DNA of 48,119 nt from a virus. Lineage: Duplodnaviria > Caudoviricetes. The stretch is from the IMG/VR virus record IMGVR_UViG_3300049187_000025, positions 1 through 48,119 of that record, one strand, 5' to 3'. The notes under the pieces are model-generated. The model saw only the letters and a list, made by a program, of their open reading frames with translations. It was not told the DNA's origin and made no database searches. The translations under genes were made by a program, and so were the position numbers. This document shows, one piece after another, positions 9,267 through 17,093 of this stretch. The number at the start of each line of letters is the position of its first letter. Positions within the stretch are counted from its first letter, which is position 1.

Positions 9267-9667
9267 TTTCCAAAGGGTGCGACGACCATGAGGCCAGCCG
9301 TGTCGGGGAGCGATTCGATCAGGAGCGGCGCCTGGATGGCTGCGGGCTTGGGTTGTGCCGGGCCGTCACGGCGGATCATTGCGGCGTTGGGGTCGATGAT
9401 CGAAAACCAACGGAGCACATCGGAGACGTCGACCGCGTCGTCGCGCTTTGGCGCCTCATAGACCAGGGTGCGGCCCATCCAGATACTCCGCACGCCCTGG
9501 ACATTCTGCACGCCTTCGTTGAAGTAGGCGGAGTCAGGGGCGGCCTGGAGAACGGTAGGCTCCGGCGGATAGCGCGTCCCGTCAGCGTCGAGGGAGCCGC
9601 CGAAGACTGGGCTTGGGCCCAGGCTGTCAGGGCCGCTGAACATCCGGAGGATTTCCTCATTCGTCAT
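9254..9667 (-). CDS. Hypothetical protein, first gene after the late-leader terminator
   Basis: ORF with AGGGG RBS, overlapping the next gene; contains GVRSIWMGRTLVYE. Confidence 0.7.
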   Translation of the reverse strand: MTNEEILRMFSGPDSLGPSPVFGGSLDADGTRYPPEPTVLQAAPDSAYFNEGVQNVQGVRSIWMGRTLVYEAPKRDDAVDVSDVLRWFSIIDPNAAMIRRDGPAQPKPAAIQAPLLIESLPDTAGLMVVAPFGKWRA

Positions 9668-9679
9668 CTTCGACCCCTG

Positions 9680-9712
9680 AAATGAAGAAGCCCGCTGCGT
9701 GGCGGGCTTTCT
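9680..9712 (-). terminator. Intrinsic terminator, tR'-like
   Basis: Stem aagcccgc/gcgggctt followed by cttcattt on the minus strand. Confidence 0.7.
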
Positions 9713-9830
9713 GGTGGCACCTCTGCCCTGAAGGGCTCAGCGTCTGGCGCTGTTGACCGGCGATCCGGTTCGCGAATTCACCCTGTGAGGACGCACCTGG
9801 CAGGGCGGGGCAAGGTTGAGGATGCGCCGG

Positions 9831-9839
9831 ATTATGGCA
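9831..9839 (-). promoter_or_regulatory. Putative late promoter (extended -10, TGcCATAAT)
   Basis: TGnCATAAT on the minus strand ~120 nt upstream of a terminator, as in lambda pR'/tR'; no good -35 at 17 bp. Confidence 0.5.
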
Positions 9840-9851
9840 CAGGCTGGATTT

Positions 9852-10133
9852 TCATTCCCTCGCCTCGTGCTGCACACATCCGAAGTCAGGCATCGTCACC
9901 AGCCTCGCCATGTACTGGCTTCCGTCCTCGACAACGGCCAAGACGCCAGCGCACGCGGGCTTCAGCCGGAGGCGCGTGTCTTCGTTGTACCAGTTCTCCT
10001 GACCCTCCGGGCCGGCTTCCTCCGTCGCCTCCCATATTGGGAGCGCGGCAGTGCAATGACCAGCGCCGCGAAGCGTGAGCGTTTCGTCAGGTAGTGGTGC
10101 CCAGTGCTTGCATGTCTTGCAGCGTTCCATCAC
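9852..10133 (-). CDS. Hypothetical Cys-rich protein
   Basis: CKTCKHW...GHC...DFGCVQH; overlaps the upstream gene's stop. Confidence 0.7.
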   Translation of the reverse strand: MMERCKTCKHWAPLPDETLTLRGAGHCTAALPIWEATEEAGPEGQENWYNEDTRLRLKPACAGVLAVVEDGSQYMARLVTMPDFGCVQHEARE

Positions 10134-10324
10134 AGAACTTGGCCCGCTATCGCGGCATCCAGAGCCGACTCATGCGGCGACCCAGCGAATATACGCCGCA
10201 GCGTGCGCACCATGGCGCCAAAGCGCTTGTAGCCCTCGCCGCCGTTGGCCACTTTCTTGCCGTTGCGCGCGATGAGCGTCCAGGCCCAGTCGCCGGAAGC
10301 GTTGCGGTAGAGGTGGAATTTCAT
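10130..10324 (-). CDS. DUF1508/YegP-family small protein
   Basis: MKFHLYRNASGDWAWTLIARNGKKVANGGEGY. Confidence 0.8.
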   Translation of the reverse strand: MKFHLYRNASGDWAWTLIARNGKKVANGGEGYKRFGAMVRTLRRIFAGSPHESALDAAIAGQVL

Positions 10325-10626
10325 GATTCTGCTCCAGTTGTCTCGCGGGTCGTCACGCTTTCTTCGCACTCGCCCTCGTCTTCGTCTTCCACCGGATTAA
10401 TGATGATCATGTCGGGCCCGATGACGATCTTGCTGGCGCGGTGCTCGATGATTTCCATCTCGTACCCGTCGTTTCGCCCGGTGAACTCACCATAGGCTGG
10501 AATCGCATCGTCGACCCAGACCACTCTCCTGAGCACCCGGCACAACTCTGCGTGGTAAACGATGGCGCGGTAGTGTCCCTCTCTTGCGTCTAGCCTCATG
10601 AGTACGTCGCTCCTTCTACGCTTCAT
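10321..10626 (-). CDS. Hypothetical protein
   Basis: ORF coupled to its neighbours; start uncertain (10626 or 10599). Confidence 0.6.
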   Translation of the reverse strand: MKRRRSDVLMRLDAREGHYRAIVYHAELCRVLRRVVWVDDAIPAYGEFTGRNDGYEMEIIEHRASKIVIGPDMIIINPVEDEDEGECEESVTTRETTGAES

Positions 10627-11353
10627 CGCGCAACGCCGCGCGCAAGCATTTCTCGGCATCCGTCATCCGGCGCGAGAGTTCGATCAGCATCCGGCTTGCG
10701 AGGTGGCGTTCCTCGGGGGTATGGCCGACATCATCGCGCCGGTGGCCCGACCCGTGGCAGACCCGGCAGATCATCTGCCGCTCGCCGCGGTGCGCGCCGC
10801 CGTTGAAGCCGCGGCCCTCGCAGGGTGGGCAGGTTGGGTCGAGGAACACGTCGAGCACACGACCGGTGAGGTGCATCAGGTCGGTGATGTCGAAAGGCAC
10901 CGGATAGGCGCTGGCAAGGCTCACCGCCAGCTCACCAATCCACTGCTTGGCACTGGCCAGGGACGTGAGCTGCAGCAGCACCATGGCGCGACCTGTGACG
11001 ATCTCTCGGCGGGCTTCGTCGCCCAGGCTCTTGTGCAGCGCTTGGGCCTTGTCGAAAGCCTCGGTGTCCTTCTTCCCGGCTTGGCGCAGCGCATCCAACA
11101 CCTTGGCCGCCTGCCGCTGGGCATCGTACAGCCGGGCAGCCTCGGCCTCGTACAAGGCCTTCTCGCCTCGCGCCCTGTCGTACTCGCCCACCAGCCGGAA
11201 CAGCAGCATGCCGAGAGATTCGGGCACGAACGCCGCAGCTCCGACCACATCCAGATCCCCGCGCACGCCGCAGCGGGTGGGCTTGAGGTTGCTTGACTGC
11301 GTGGCGCGCTGGTAGGTTTCCTGCACGGATGGGCGGTCTTCGGTATCGGTCAC
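10616..11353 (-). CDS. Q-like late antiterminator with DnaJ-type zinc finger
   Basis: DPTCPPCEGRG...ICRVCHGSG (two CxxCxGxG); located at the end of the nin-like region before the late promoter. Confidence 0.65.
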   Translation of the reverse strand: MTDTEDRPSVQETYQRATQSSNLKPTRCGVRGDLDVVGAAAFVPESLGMLLFRLVGEYDRARGEKALYEAEAARLYDAQRQAAKVLDALRQAGKKDTEAFDKAQALHKSLGDEARREIVTGRAMVLLQLTSLASAKQWIGELAVSLASAYPVPFDITDLMHLTGRVLDVFLDPTCPPCEGRGFNGGAHRGERQMICRVCHGSGHRRDDVGHTPEERHLASRMLIELSRRMTDAEKCLRAALRDEA

Positions 11354-11709
11354 AGGTCGACCTCGTTTCCGAACTTGCTGGCGACAACAGCGCGCATGGC
11401 AGCGATGAGCGGCGTTGGGCCTTCCAACTTATGGAAGCCGACGTGCGCCTCCCATGTCTCGGGCCATGGCGGCTGGTCGCCCCAGTTGTTGTACAGGTCT
11501 CCGGCATACACTCGGCGCAAGCTGCTGCACTTCTCTTGGAGGAGCGGCCCACCCTGCAGCCAGTCAGATGACGGCGTCCACCTGGAAGGTGCGCCGCCGT
11601 TCTCTCGGATGGTCCTGTTATCGCCGTACTCGTCGAGTTCGTATCCCTGAACCTTTGCCACGGCCGCATCCAGCAGGGCGCCTTCGAGTTGCGAGACCTT
11701 GTGCTTCAT
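11350..11709 (-). CDS. NinX/DUF2591-like protein
   Basis: VSQLEGALLDAAVAK...PSSDWLQGGPLL...GPTPLIAAMRAVVASKFG. Confidence 0.8.
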   Translation of the reverse strand: MKHKVSQLEGALLDAAVAKVQGYELDEYGDNRTIRENGGAPSRWTPSSDWLQGGPLLQEKCSSLRRVYAGDLYNNWGDQPPWPETWEAHVGFHKLEGPTPLIAAMRAVVASKFGNEVDL

Positions 11710-11724
11710 CGGTTGCTCCTTGGG

Positions 11725-11919
11725 CTAGATCTGCCACGTTGAGCCAGGGATCGGCTTCAACTCGACTCGCACCGAGCGCAGGAACTGCTGCGCGGTGGAT
11801 ACGCATGTGCTCACGTCGATGGAGTAGATCGACAACTCTTCGACGAGTTGCCCAGTCTCCCGCTCCAGGCTTGCGAGGATCTGCGCGATCTGCCTTTGTG
11901 CCTGCTCGACCTTGTCCAT
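11725..11919 (-). CDS. Hypothetical protein
   Basis: Short ORF with GGTAGG RBS in the operon. Confidence 0.6.
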   Translation of the reverse strand: MDKVEQAQRQIAQILASLERETGQLVEELSIYSIDVSTCVSTAQQFLRSVRVELKPIPGSTWQI

Positions 11920-11925
11920 GCTCAC

Positions 11926-12081
11926 CTACCTTCCGCTGTGAATTGCCGCCAGCGCACTGGCCTTGCCCATCATCCCGTCCACCAGCATCGCAATGTCGCT
12001 GCCGAAGACGAGCGCCCCGACGAAGACGAGGCCGGCGAGGATGCCGGCGAGCGCCATGAAGCCCTGGCTCTCTTTGTTCAC
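11926..12081 (-). CDS. Small membrane protein
   Basis: GTGA-coupled start; hydrophobic stretch FMALAGILAGLVFVGALVFG. Confidence 0.55.
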   Translation of the reverse strand: MNKESQGFMALAGILAGLVFVGALVFGSDIAMLVDGMMGKASALAAIHSGR

Positions 12082-12407
12082 GTCGCTCCCTCCGTCTCCA
12101 CCCTCGCCGCCTCGACCGGCTGGCGGCCGACTGCGTTGAGAAGCCTGATGGCTCCGTCGACATCGCACACAGTGGCCACCGGGCCGCCGCGCCAACTCGC
12201 CATGAACTCGCGCTGCAACTTGGTGTACTTCTGCGGCCGAGGGTTGCGCGTCTCGGTCAGGCTCTTGCACTCGACCAGCAGGGTGTGACCCCTGAAGCCA
12301 ACCACCAGATCCACCGGGAGTTTGATCGGCCAGACGCTGGCGCCCATGGCGCGCATGGCGTCCACGATGGCGCTCTGCGTGGAGTCGACGCGGGCGGCTC
12401 GTCTCAC
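12078..12407 (-). CDS. PD-(D/E)xK nuclease, VRR-NUC/Holliday-junction-resolvase-like
   Basis: MRRAARVDSTQSAIVDAMRAMGASV...PVDLVVG...LLVECK. Confidence 0.8.
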   Translation of the reverse strand: MRRAARVDSTQSAIVDAMRAMGASVWPIKLPVDLVVGFRGHTLLVECKSLTETRNPRPQKYTKLQREFMASWRGGPVATVCDVDGAIRLLNAVGRQPVEAARVETEGAT

Positions 12408-12538
12408 CGCACCTCCTCATCCATCGGCCTGGCCTGTCGGCACAGGAGCCAGATGAACGCCACTTGCACGGCAGCGAGGATGAAGGCGCCAATGGCAACG
12501 CCGAGCCAGAAGGCGCTCGATGCGGGGATGTCGCTCAT
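12404..12538 (-). CDS. Small membrane protein
   Basis: ATGA-coupled start; FWLGVAIGAFILAAVQVAFIWLL. Confidence 0.55.
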   Translation of the reverse strand: MSDIPASSAFWLGVAIGAFILAAVQVAFIWLLCRQARPMDEEVR

Positions 12539-12867
12539 GCCGGCACCCCCTTGCCTTCGCCCTGGCGCCAGCGGTCCCACAGCAGGATGTACTCGATCCT
12601 GTCGTAGGTCGGCACCCGCATTCGAAGACGTGCGCGCTTGAGCGTCGTCTCCATCGTCCTCTCGCTCATGCCGACCGCGTGCGCGGCTCGCTTCGAGCCG
12701 TAGTGCGTGATGACCAGATCCAGTGCATTCCCCTCGGCCGCAGTCAGTCCCCACGGGTTGCCTTCGGTCGGGCGCCCGTCGGTTGGCATGCGCAGTCGCG
12801 GCGGCTTGGGCGGGATCGGCGGCGGGCCCACAGCGATCGTGTCGCGCCATTCGAAAACGCTGCTCAT
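12535..12867 (-). CDS. LuxR/sigma-70 region 4-type HTH protein
   Basis: LTAAE...SKRAAHAVGMSERTMETTLKRARLRM. Confidence 0.7.
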   Translation of the reverse strand: MSSVFEWRDTIAVGPPPIPPKPPRLRMPTDGRPTEGNPWGLTAAEGNALDLVITHYGSKRAAHAVGMSERTMETTLKRARLRMRVPTYDRIEYILLWDRWRQGEGKGVPA

Positions 12868-13817
12868 GCGGGGACCTTGATGCTGCTGTTTGCCGGGATG
12901 TCGTACGGGTCCACTTGGCTCGTTCGGTCGTTGACGAAACGGAGCGTCTGCGGGTCAAACCACAGTTTCACCCGGCCCTCGAATGCGCCGTTGCGCTGCT
13001 TCTCGACGGTCACGGCCGCGTCCGCCTCTGCCGACTTGATGTCGTTCGGGTCACGCTCCATGGCTGCCTGCTTTGGCTTGTTCGCCCAAATCGTCACCAC
13101 GTTGTGGGCCATGTCGCTGATGGAGCCTGAGCCCTTCAGGTCGTATTTCGTGGGCGGCTTCTCGTCCCCGCCTGACGCTGGCTTGCGACAGTGCGCCACG
13201 AGGTGGACATGAAGCCCGGTGTCCTTCGCGACGTTGCACAGATCGGCCGTCATCGCCTTCTGCTCGTCGATGCTTTCCTCGGACTGGCAGACCTTCATCA
13301 TGGAGTCGATGAAGACCTGGGTGCCCTGCAGTTCCTTGGCGAAGTAGCGCAGGACGGCGAAGCACATCGTCGGCTTCAGGTTGCCGACGTAGTCGAACAG
13401 CCACAGCCGATCCTCGGACCACGCCATGAAGTCGGCTTGCCGGCGAGGCGTCGGCCACGGGCTGGCCAGCGCCTGGCGGACCATCCGGGCCAGCGTGGCG
13501 GCCGGGTCCATCTCCAGGCTGATGATGAGAACCCGCTGCTCCATGTCGATCAGGTCCAAGGCGACCTGTCCGGTGAACATCGATTTCTTGTGCCCGTTGT
13601 ACCCGGCCCACACGGTGACTTCGCCCGGCCGGAACTCGAGATCCGATCCGATCTTGGTGGAACGCATGTGGGGGCCGTAGTCCCCGGGACCGCGACGGAT
13701 GAAGGCTCGGGCCACGTCTTCGCTGTAGGCCGAGGCCTTGCGGACCTTCAGCGCCGACTCGGAGGCGTCCATGTAGGCCCTGAAGTCGATGTCGTCCAGC
13801 TCGATCATTCGGGCCAT
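12864..13817 (-). CDS. Replicative helicase, SF4 (DnaB/T7 gp4-like)
   Basis: Walker A AGYNGHKKS, ISLEM, VFIDS, HLVAHCRK, LKGSGSI, KQRNG. Confidence 0.9.
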   Translation of the reverse strand: MARMIELDDIDFRAYMDASESALKVRKASAYSEDVARAFIRRGPGDYGPHMRSTKIGSDLEFRPGEVTVWAGYNGHKKSMFTGQVALDLIDMEQRVLIISLEMDPAATLARMVRQALASPWPTPRRQADFMAWSEDRLWLFDYVGNLKPTMCFAVLRYFAKELQGTQVFIDSMMKVCQSEESIDEQKAMTADLCNVAKDTGLHVHLVAHCRKPASGGDEKPPTKYDLKGSGSISDMAHNVVTIWANKPKQAAMERDPNDIKSAEADAAVTVEKQRNGAFEGRVKLWFDPQTLRFVNDRTSQVDPYDIPANSSIKVPA

Positions 13818-14182
13818 ACGAGAACTCCTTTGCTGTCGCGATGCTCGACGGTGTCAAGCTCGCCATTGGCCCGGTCGCGCATCACGGCACCCAGTACACG
13901 GCTTGCGCCGGCACGAATGCAGGCATCGAAGGTTTGCCAGACGCGATCGGCCAGGGCTTCGTCGCCGTCGACCACCACCTCCAGGCCGATGACGAACCGA
14001 AGGTCCAGGCGATCGATGGACTCGGCCGCACCGATGGCGATGAATGGGCCGGTTCCCTCCAGGGTCGGCCAGTTGTCAGCCAGCCAGGAGCGGTCGTCCT
14101 GACCCAGGGTGATGCAGATCCAGCCCGAGGGCTTGCGGCGCTGCATCCGCATGGCGATGAGGGGGGTGTGGCCGCGCATCAC
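13805..14182 (-). CDS. Hypothetical protein between initiator and helicase
   Basis: Coupled ORF with MRGHTPLIAMR and LDLRFVIGL. Confidence 0.7.
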   Translation of the reverse strand: MMRGHTPLIAMRMQRRKPSGWICITLGQDDRSWLADNWPTLEGTGPFIAIGAAESIDRLDLRFVIGLEVVVDGDEALADRVWQTFDACIRAGASRVLGAVMRDRANGELDTVEHRDSKGVLVWPE

Positions 14183-14964
14183 CTGGCCCCAGCGAAAACG
14201 TCGTCGGCCCGGGCGCTGCTCTCGCGCTCATCCTGCCACCGGCCATCGTTGAGCCACGTTGCCGGGTGCGGGATGTACTGCCCGCCGTCACGCTTCCAAC
14301 TGTCCCATGCGCTCTGCTCGGAAACCGCCTTGAGAATGACCGCCAGCAACCCCGCCGACACCTTGCGCTTGGCGAAAGCCTTGGCCGCCGCGTCTTTGGC
14401 GACCTTCCGGGGGTATGCCGCCCAGAACTCGGCGAAGCCTGGGGGAAACTCGTGGACGGTCCTCCCCTTGGGGGGTAGGGGGGGTATTACTGGTACTGGT
14501 GCTTGGTGCTTGGTGTCGAACTCACCTGTGACTTCTTCGTGAGTCACGCGTGACTCTGGTGTGAGTTCTGGTGGAGTCGGTGGCTGATTGCTGCGACGTG
14601 CGCGGGCATCCGCTGCGCGTTGGGCGTCACTCATGCGCTTCTTCAGCATCTCTCCCACGCGTTGCACCAGCACGTCGTGATAGAGCCGGTTGTCGTCCGC
14701 GAGCCACCAGCAGCGCATCAGCACGGAGCGGTGCTTGGCGAAGACCTTGGCGGGAATGCCGATCTTGGCGACGATGAGGGCGTCATCGTTGGGCAGCGCG
14801 CCGCACGGGGTCTGTTCCCACGCCACCATCCACATCATCAGGAGCCAGGGTCGCGCATCAGGCGCGGCGAGCGCCCAGGTGTCCGACTGGCGCACGCGTT
14901 CGTGGTCAATCTCCAGGCGCCACCCCTTGGCGCGCGTGTCTGGAGGGTACGGGGCACCAGTCAT
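14179..14964 (-). CDS. Replication initiator (DUF1376/YdaU-like N-terminus)
   Basis: LMMWMVAWEQTPCGALPNDD; C-terminal FAEFWAAYPRKVAK...YIPHPATWLNDGRWQDE; directly upstream of the helicase pair. Confidence 0.8.
   Translation of the reverse strand: MTGAPYPPDTRAKGWRLEIDHERVRQSDTWALAAPDARPWLLMMWMVAWEQTPCGALPNDDALIVAKIGIPAKVFAKHRSVLMRCWWLADDNRLYHDVLVQRVGEMLKKRMSDAQRAADARARRSNQPPTPPELTPESRVTHEEVTGEFDTKHQAPVPVIPPLPPKGRTVHEFPPGFAEFWAAYPRKVAKDAAAKAFAKRKVSAGLLAVILKAVSEQSAWDSWKRDGGQYIPHPATWLNDGRWQDERESSARADDVFAGAR
14465..14580. promoter_or_regulatory. Putative replication origin (iterons) inside the initiator gene
   Basis: Four GTGAST repeats with ~11-12 bp spacing, including the palindrome gagtcacgcgtgactc (14541-14556), beside tggtac/tggtgct repeats and G-tracts. 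Confidence 0.55.
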
Positions 14965-15113
14965 CAGAGTCCCAGCATGTCCACCAGCCGCCGGCACTCC
15001 GCCTCGATCTCGTCAGGCGTGGCGTCGGGGTGGGTGGCCAGAAACTCGGCCTTCAGGCGCTCGTACGCAACCCAGGCCGGCTCGGCGGCGGGGGTCGGTG
15101 AGGGGGTGGTCAT
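14964..15113 (-). CDS. Small 49-aa protein coupled to the initiator
   Basis: MTTPSPTPAAEPAWVAYERLKAEFLATHPDATPDEIEAECRRLVDMLGL; GAAAGG RBS; TGATG overlap with the initiator start. Confidence 0.7.
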   Translation of the reverse strand: MTTPSPTPAAEPAWVAYERLKAEFLATHPDATPDEIEAECRRLVDMLGL

Positions 15114-15149
15114 TTCTCGCCTTTCCATTCAAAAAAGCTGCCATTCGAG

Positions 15150-15226
15150 TGACCGTCTCCACGCAAGAGACTGGGGCCAGGGCGGTGAATGACGCCGCCT
15201 CTTCGCTCCGTCGAGCTAGGCCGGTC
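15150..15226 (-). ncRNA. Candidate c4/CI-like antisense RNA (three-way junction)
   Basis: Minus strand: ggcc(t)ag / gctc-gacg-gagc / gaaga / ggcgg-cgtcattca-ccgcc / ctggcc-cca; the loop is complementary to downstream gaatggc, gaatgg and aatgac. Confidence 0.55.
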
Positions 15227-15398
15227 CTGGGGAGAAGCGTTACACACGGGAGAAGTTAGGTCAATGCGTGGGAACGCGGAATGCCCTAAACTTTTTGTGT
15301 AGACCGAATTGCCTGGCATCGGTCGTGACTTCTGCACGATGTTGCACTGCGGCATGGCGCGTGCCGTGCTTGGGACCTAGGGTTAGGGGTGCGCGGGC

Positions 15399-15425
15399 GA
15401 AGAAAAAGCCGCGCGAGGCGGCTTG
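15399..15425 (-). terminator. Intrinsic terminator
   Basis: aagccgc-ctcgc-gcggctt followed by tttctt on the minus strand. Confidence 0.7.
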
Positions 15426-15443
15426 GGCTGCCGGCCGGGGTGG

Positions 15444-15668
15444 CTACTCCAGCTGCCGGATGTCGTCGGCGCAGGCCATGGCGGCGGCCCAGGCTGAGGC
15501 GGTCTTGGACACCGTCAGCGCCCGCTCGAAGCAGACGTTGGCGCAGCGCCTGCGCTCGGCAGCGACAGCCTCCTTGACATAGGCGTGGAGTTGTTCGGCG
15601 GTGTAGCCGTCCACGCTCAGGAAGCCGCCGCGCGCAACGCTGCGGAAGAACGGTTCAGGCAGGCTCAC
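15444..15668 (-). CDS. Hypothetical protein
   Basis: GTGA-coupled; YTAEQLHAY...AERRRCA motif typical of phage accessory proteins. Confidence 0.65.
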   Translation of the reverse strand: MSLPEPFFRSVARGGFLSVDGYTAEQLHAYVKEAVAAERRRCANVCFERALTVSKTASAWAAAMACADDIRQLE

Positions 15669-16006
15669 AGCACCCTCACCTTCGTCTGGCCGATCCAATA
15701 CTCCATCTCGGCACCCACCTTGGCCTTCTCCACCGCGCCCGATCCAACGGCGTAGACCATGGCCTCACCAACCCGGCGGCGCTCGATCTCCAGCGCCTCG
15801 CCGAGGATGGCGGCCGAGCTGCGGCCGTGGCGGCTGAGGTAGTCCCAGATCCGCCAGGCGCGCGAGCCGTACTTGATCCGGGCCTCGCGGGTGGTCGGCC
15901 TGGGCGGCGGGGTGCGGTTGACCTTGGGCAGCATGTGGCAGGGGTCCAGCGGGTCGCCGCAGGTGCGCGAGACAAAGCGCGGGGGGAAGTCGATGGAGTA
16001 GGTCAT
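15665..16006 (-). CDS. Putative winged-helix DNA-binding protein
   Basis: RIWDYLSRHGRSSAAILGEALEIERRRVGEAM...GAVEK. Confidence 0.55.
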   Translation of the reverse strand: MTYSIDFPPRFVSRTCGDPLDPCHMLPKVNRTPPPRPTTREARIKYGSRAWRIWDYLSRHGRSSAAILGEALEIERRRVGEAMVYAVGSGAVEKAKVGAEMEYWIGQTKVRVL

Positions 16007-16119
16007 GCGGCGACTCCTGCGGGCTTCTCGACGGTGGCTGGAGCGTCCTTTTCGCCCCACAGTGTGGGCATGGGCTTGAGCAGTGTCCAGGCGCTTGAGG
16101 GTGGGAATATGAGGATCAT
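16003..16119 (-). CDS. Small hypothetical protein
   Basis: MILIFPPSSAWTLLKPMPTLWGEKDAPATVEKPAGVAA; ATGA-coupled at both ends. Confidence 0.45.
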   Translation of the reverse strand: MILIFPPSSAWTLLKPMPTLWGEKDAPATVEKPAGVAA

Positions 16120-17093
16120 TCCATCATCTCCCCGAACAGGTCGTCATTCTCAACCTCGAACGAGTACCCGCCCGCAGCGGCCTGGATGTTCTTCACCGCT
16201 TGGCGGTAGTAGCTCGGTTTCAGTTCCGCCCCGATCCCGCGCCGGCCATTCATCACGGCGCCGAACACCTCGGACCCTACGCCCATGAACGGCGTCAGCA
16301 CCGTCTCGCCCGGGTTGCTTCTGAGGATCACACAGCGCTCGATCACGTCCAGTTGCAGCGGGTGGACGTGCTTCTCGTCCTCGCTGTCGCGCGCCTCCTT
16401 GTACGGCAGCACTCGCTGCATCCGCACGTCGTCCCACATGCAATCGGCGTACTGGCGCCAGATCCAGTGCGAGAATCGGTTCTCGGTCTGCTTGCCGGTC
16501 CAGCCACGGTAGGGCAGCAAGTCCGCAGGCGGCACCCGCTCGCCGGCATATGACAATAGGCCCACCGGGTGCGCCACGGGGATTTGGTTCTGGCCCGCGC
16601 GACGGAACAACAGCAGGTAGTCGGCCGAGGCGATGCCGCAATCGATGGAGTCGGCCACGAGCGAGGCATGCGCCAGGTTCTTCTGCATCGTGCGCAGCCG
16701 CACCGCGAGCGGTTCCTTCCAGATGGCATGGCGCCCCGCATACTTCCAGCCCTCCCGCTCATGCAGTCGGATGATGTCGCCGGGGAAATCGATCAGCGTA
16801 TCGGTGCCCGAGTTGCTGCGTGGCACCTCCATCGCATGCACGCACGACATGCGCCCCGGCAGGGTGATCCGGGCCAGCTCGCGCACGACAAAGGTGTAGT
16901 GTTCGAAGAAGGCATCGTAGTCGTCACAATTTGACAGGTCGCGCTCGTTGCTGGAGTAGTGGTACAGCCCGCCGAACGGGGGCGAGTACACCGACAGATG
17001 GATGGATTCGGCCGGCAGGCCACGCATCACCTCCATGCAATCACCGTTGTAGAGCGCGAACTTGTCGCCCAGGCACTGGTCAGTCACAGCCAC
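16116..17093 (-). CDS. DNA methyltransferase (N4-C/N6-A, beta class)
   Basis: GDCME, motif IV SPPF, then motif I VLTPFMGVGS; GTG start after GGAGG. Confidence 0.9.
   Translation of the reverse strand: MAVTDQCLGDKFALYNGDCMEVMRGLPAESIHLSVYSPPFGGLYHYSSNERDLSNCDDYDAFFEHYTFVVRELARITLPGRMSCVHAMEVPRSNSGTDTLIDFPGDIIRLHEREGWKYAGRHAIWKEPLAVRLRTMQKNLAHASLVADSIDCGIASADYLLLFRRAGQNQIPVAHPVGLLSYAGERVPPADLLPYRGWTGKQTENRFSHWIWRQYADCMWDDVRMQRVLPYKEARDSEDEKHVHPLQLDVIERCVILRSNPGETVLTPFMGVGSEVFGAVMNGRRGIGAELKPSYYRQAVKNIQAAAGGYSFEVENDDLFGEMME

Noticed and set aside
15110-15355. 81-aa minus-strand ORF across the c4-like element
   Set aside because: No convincing RBS or motif; the region is better explained by RNA structure, although a leader peptide cannot be excluded.
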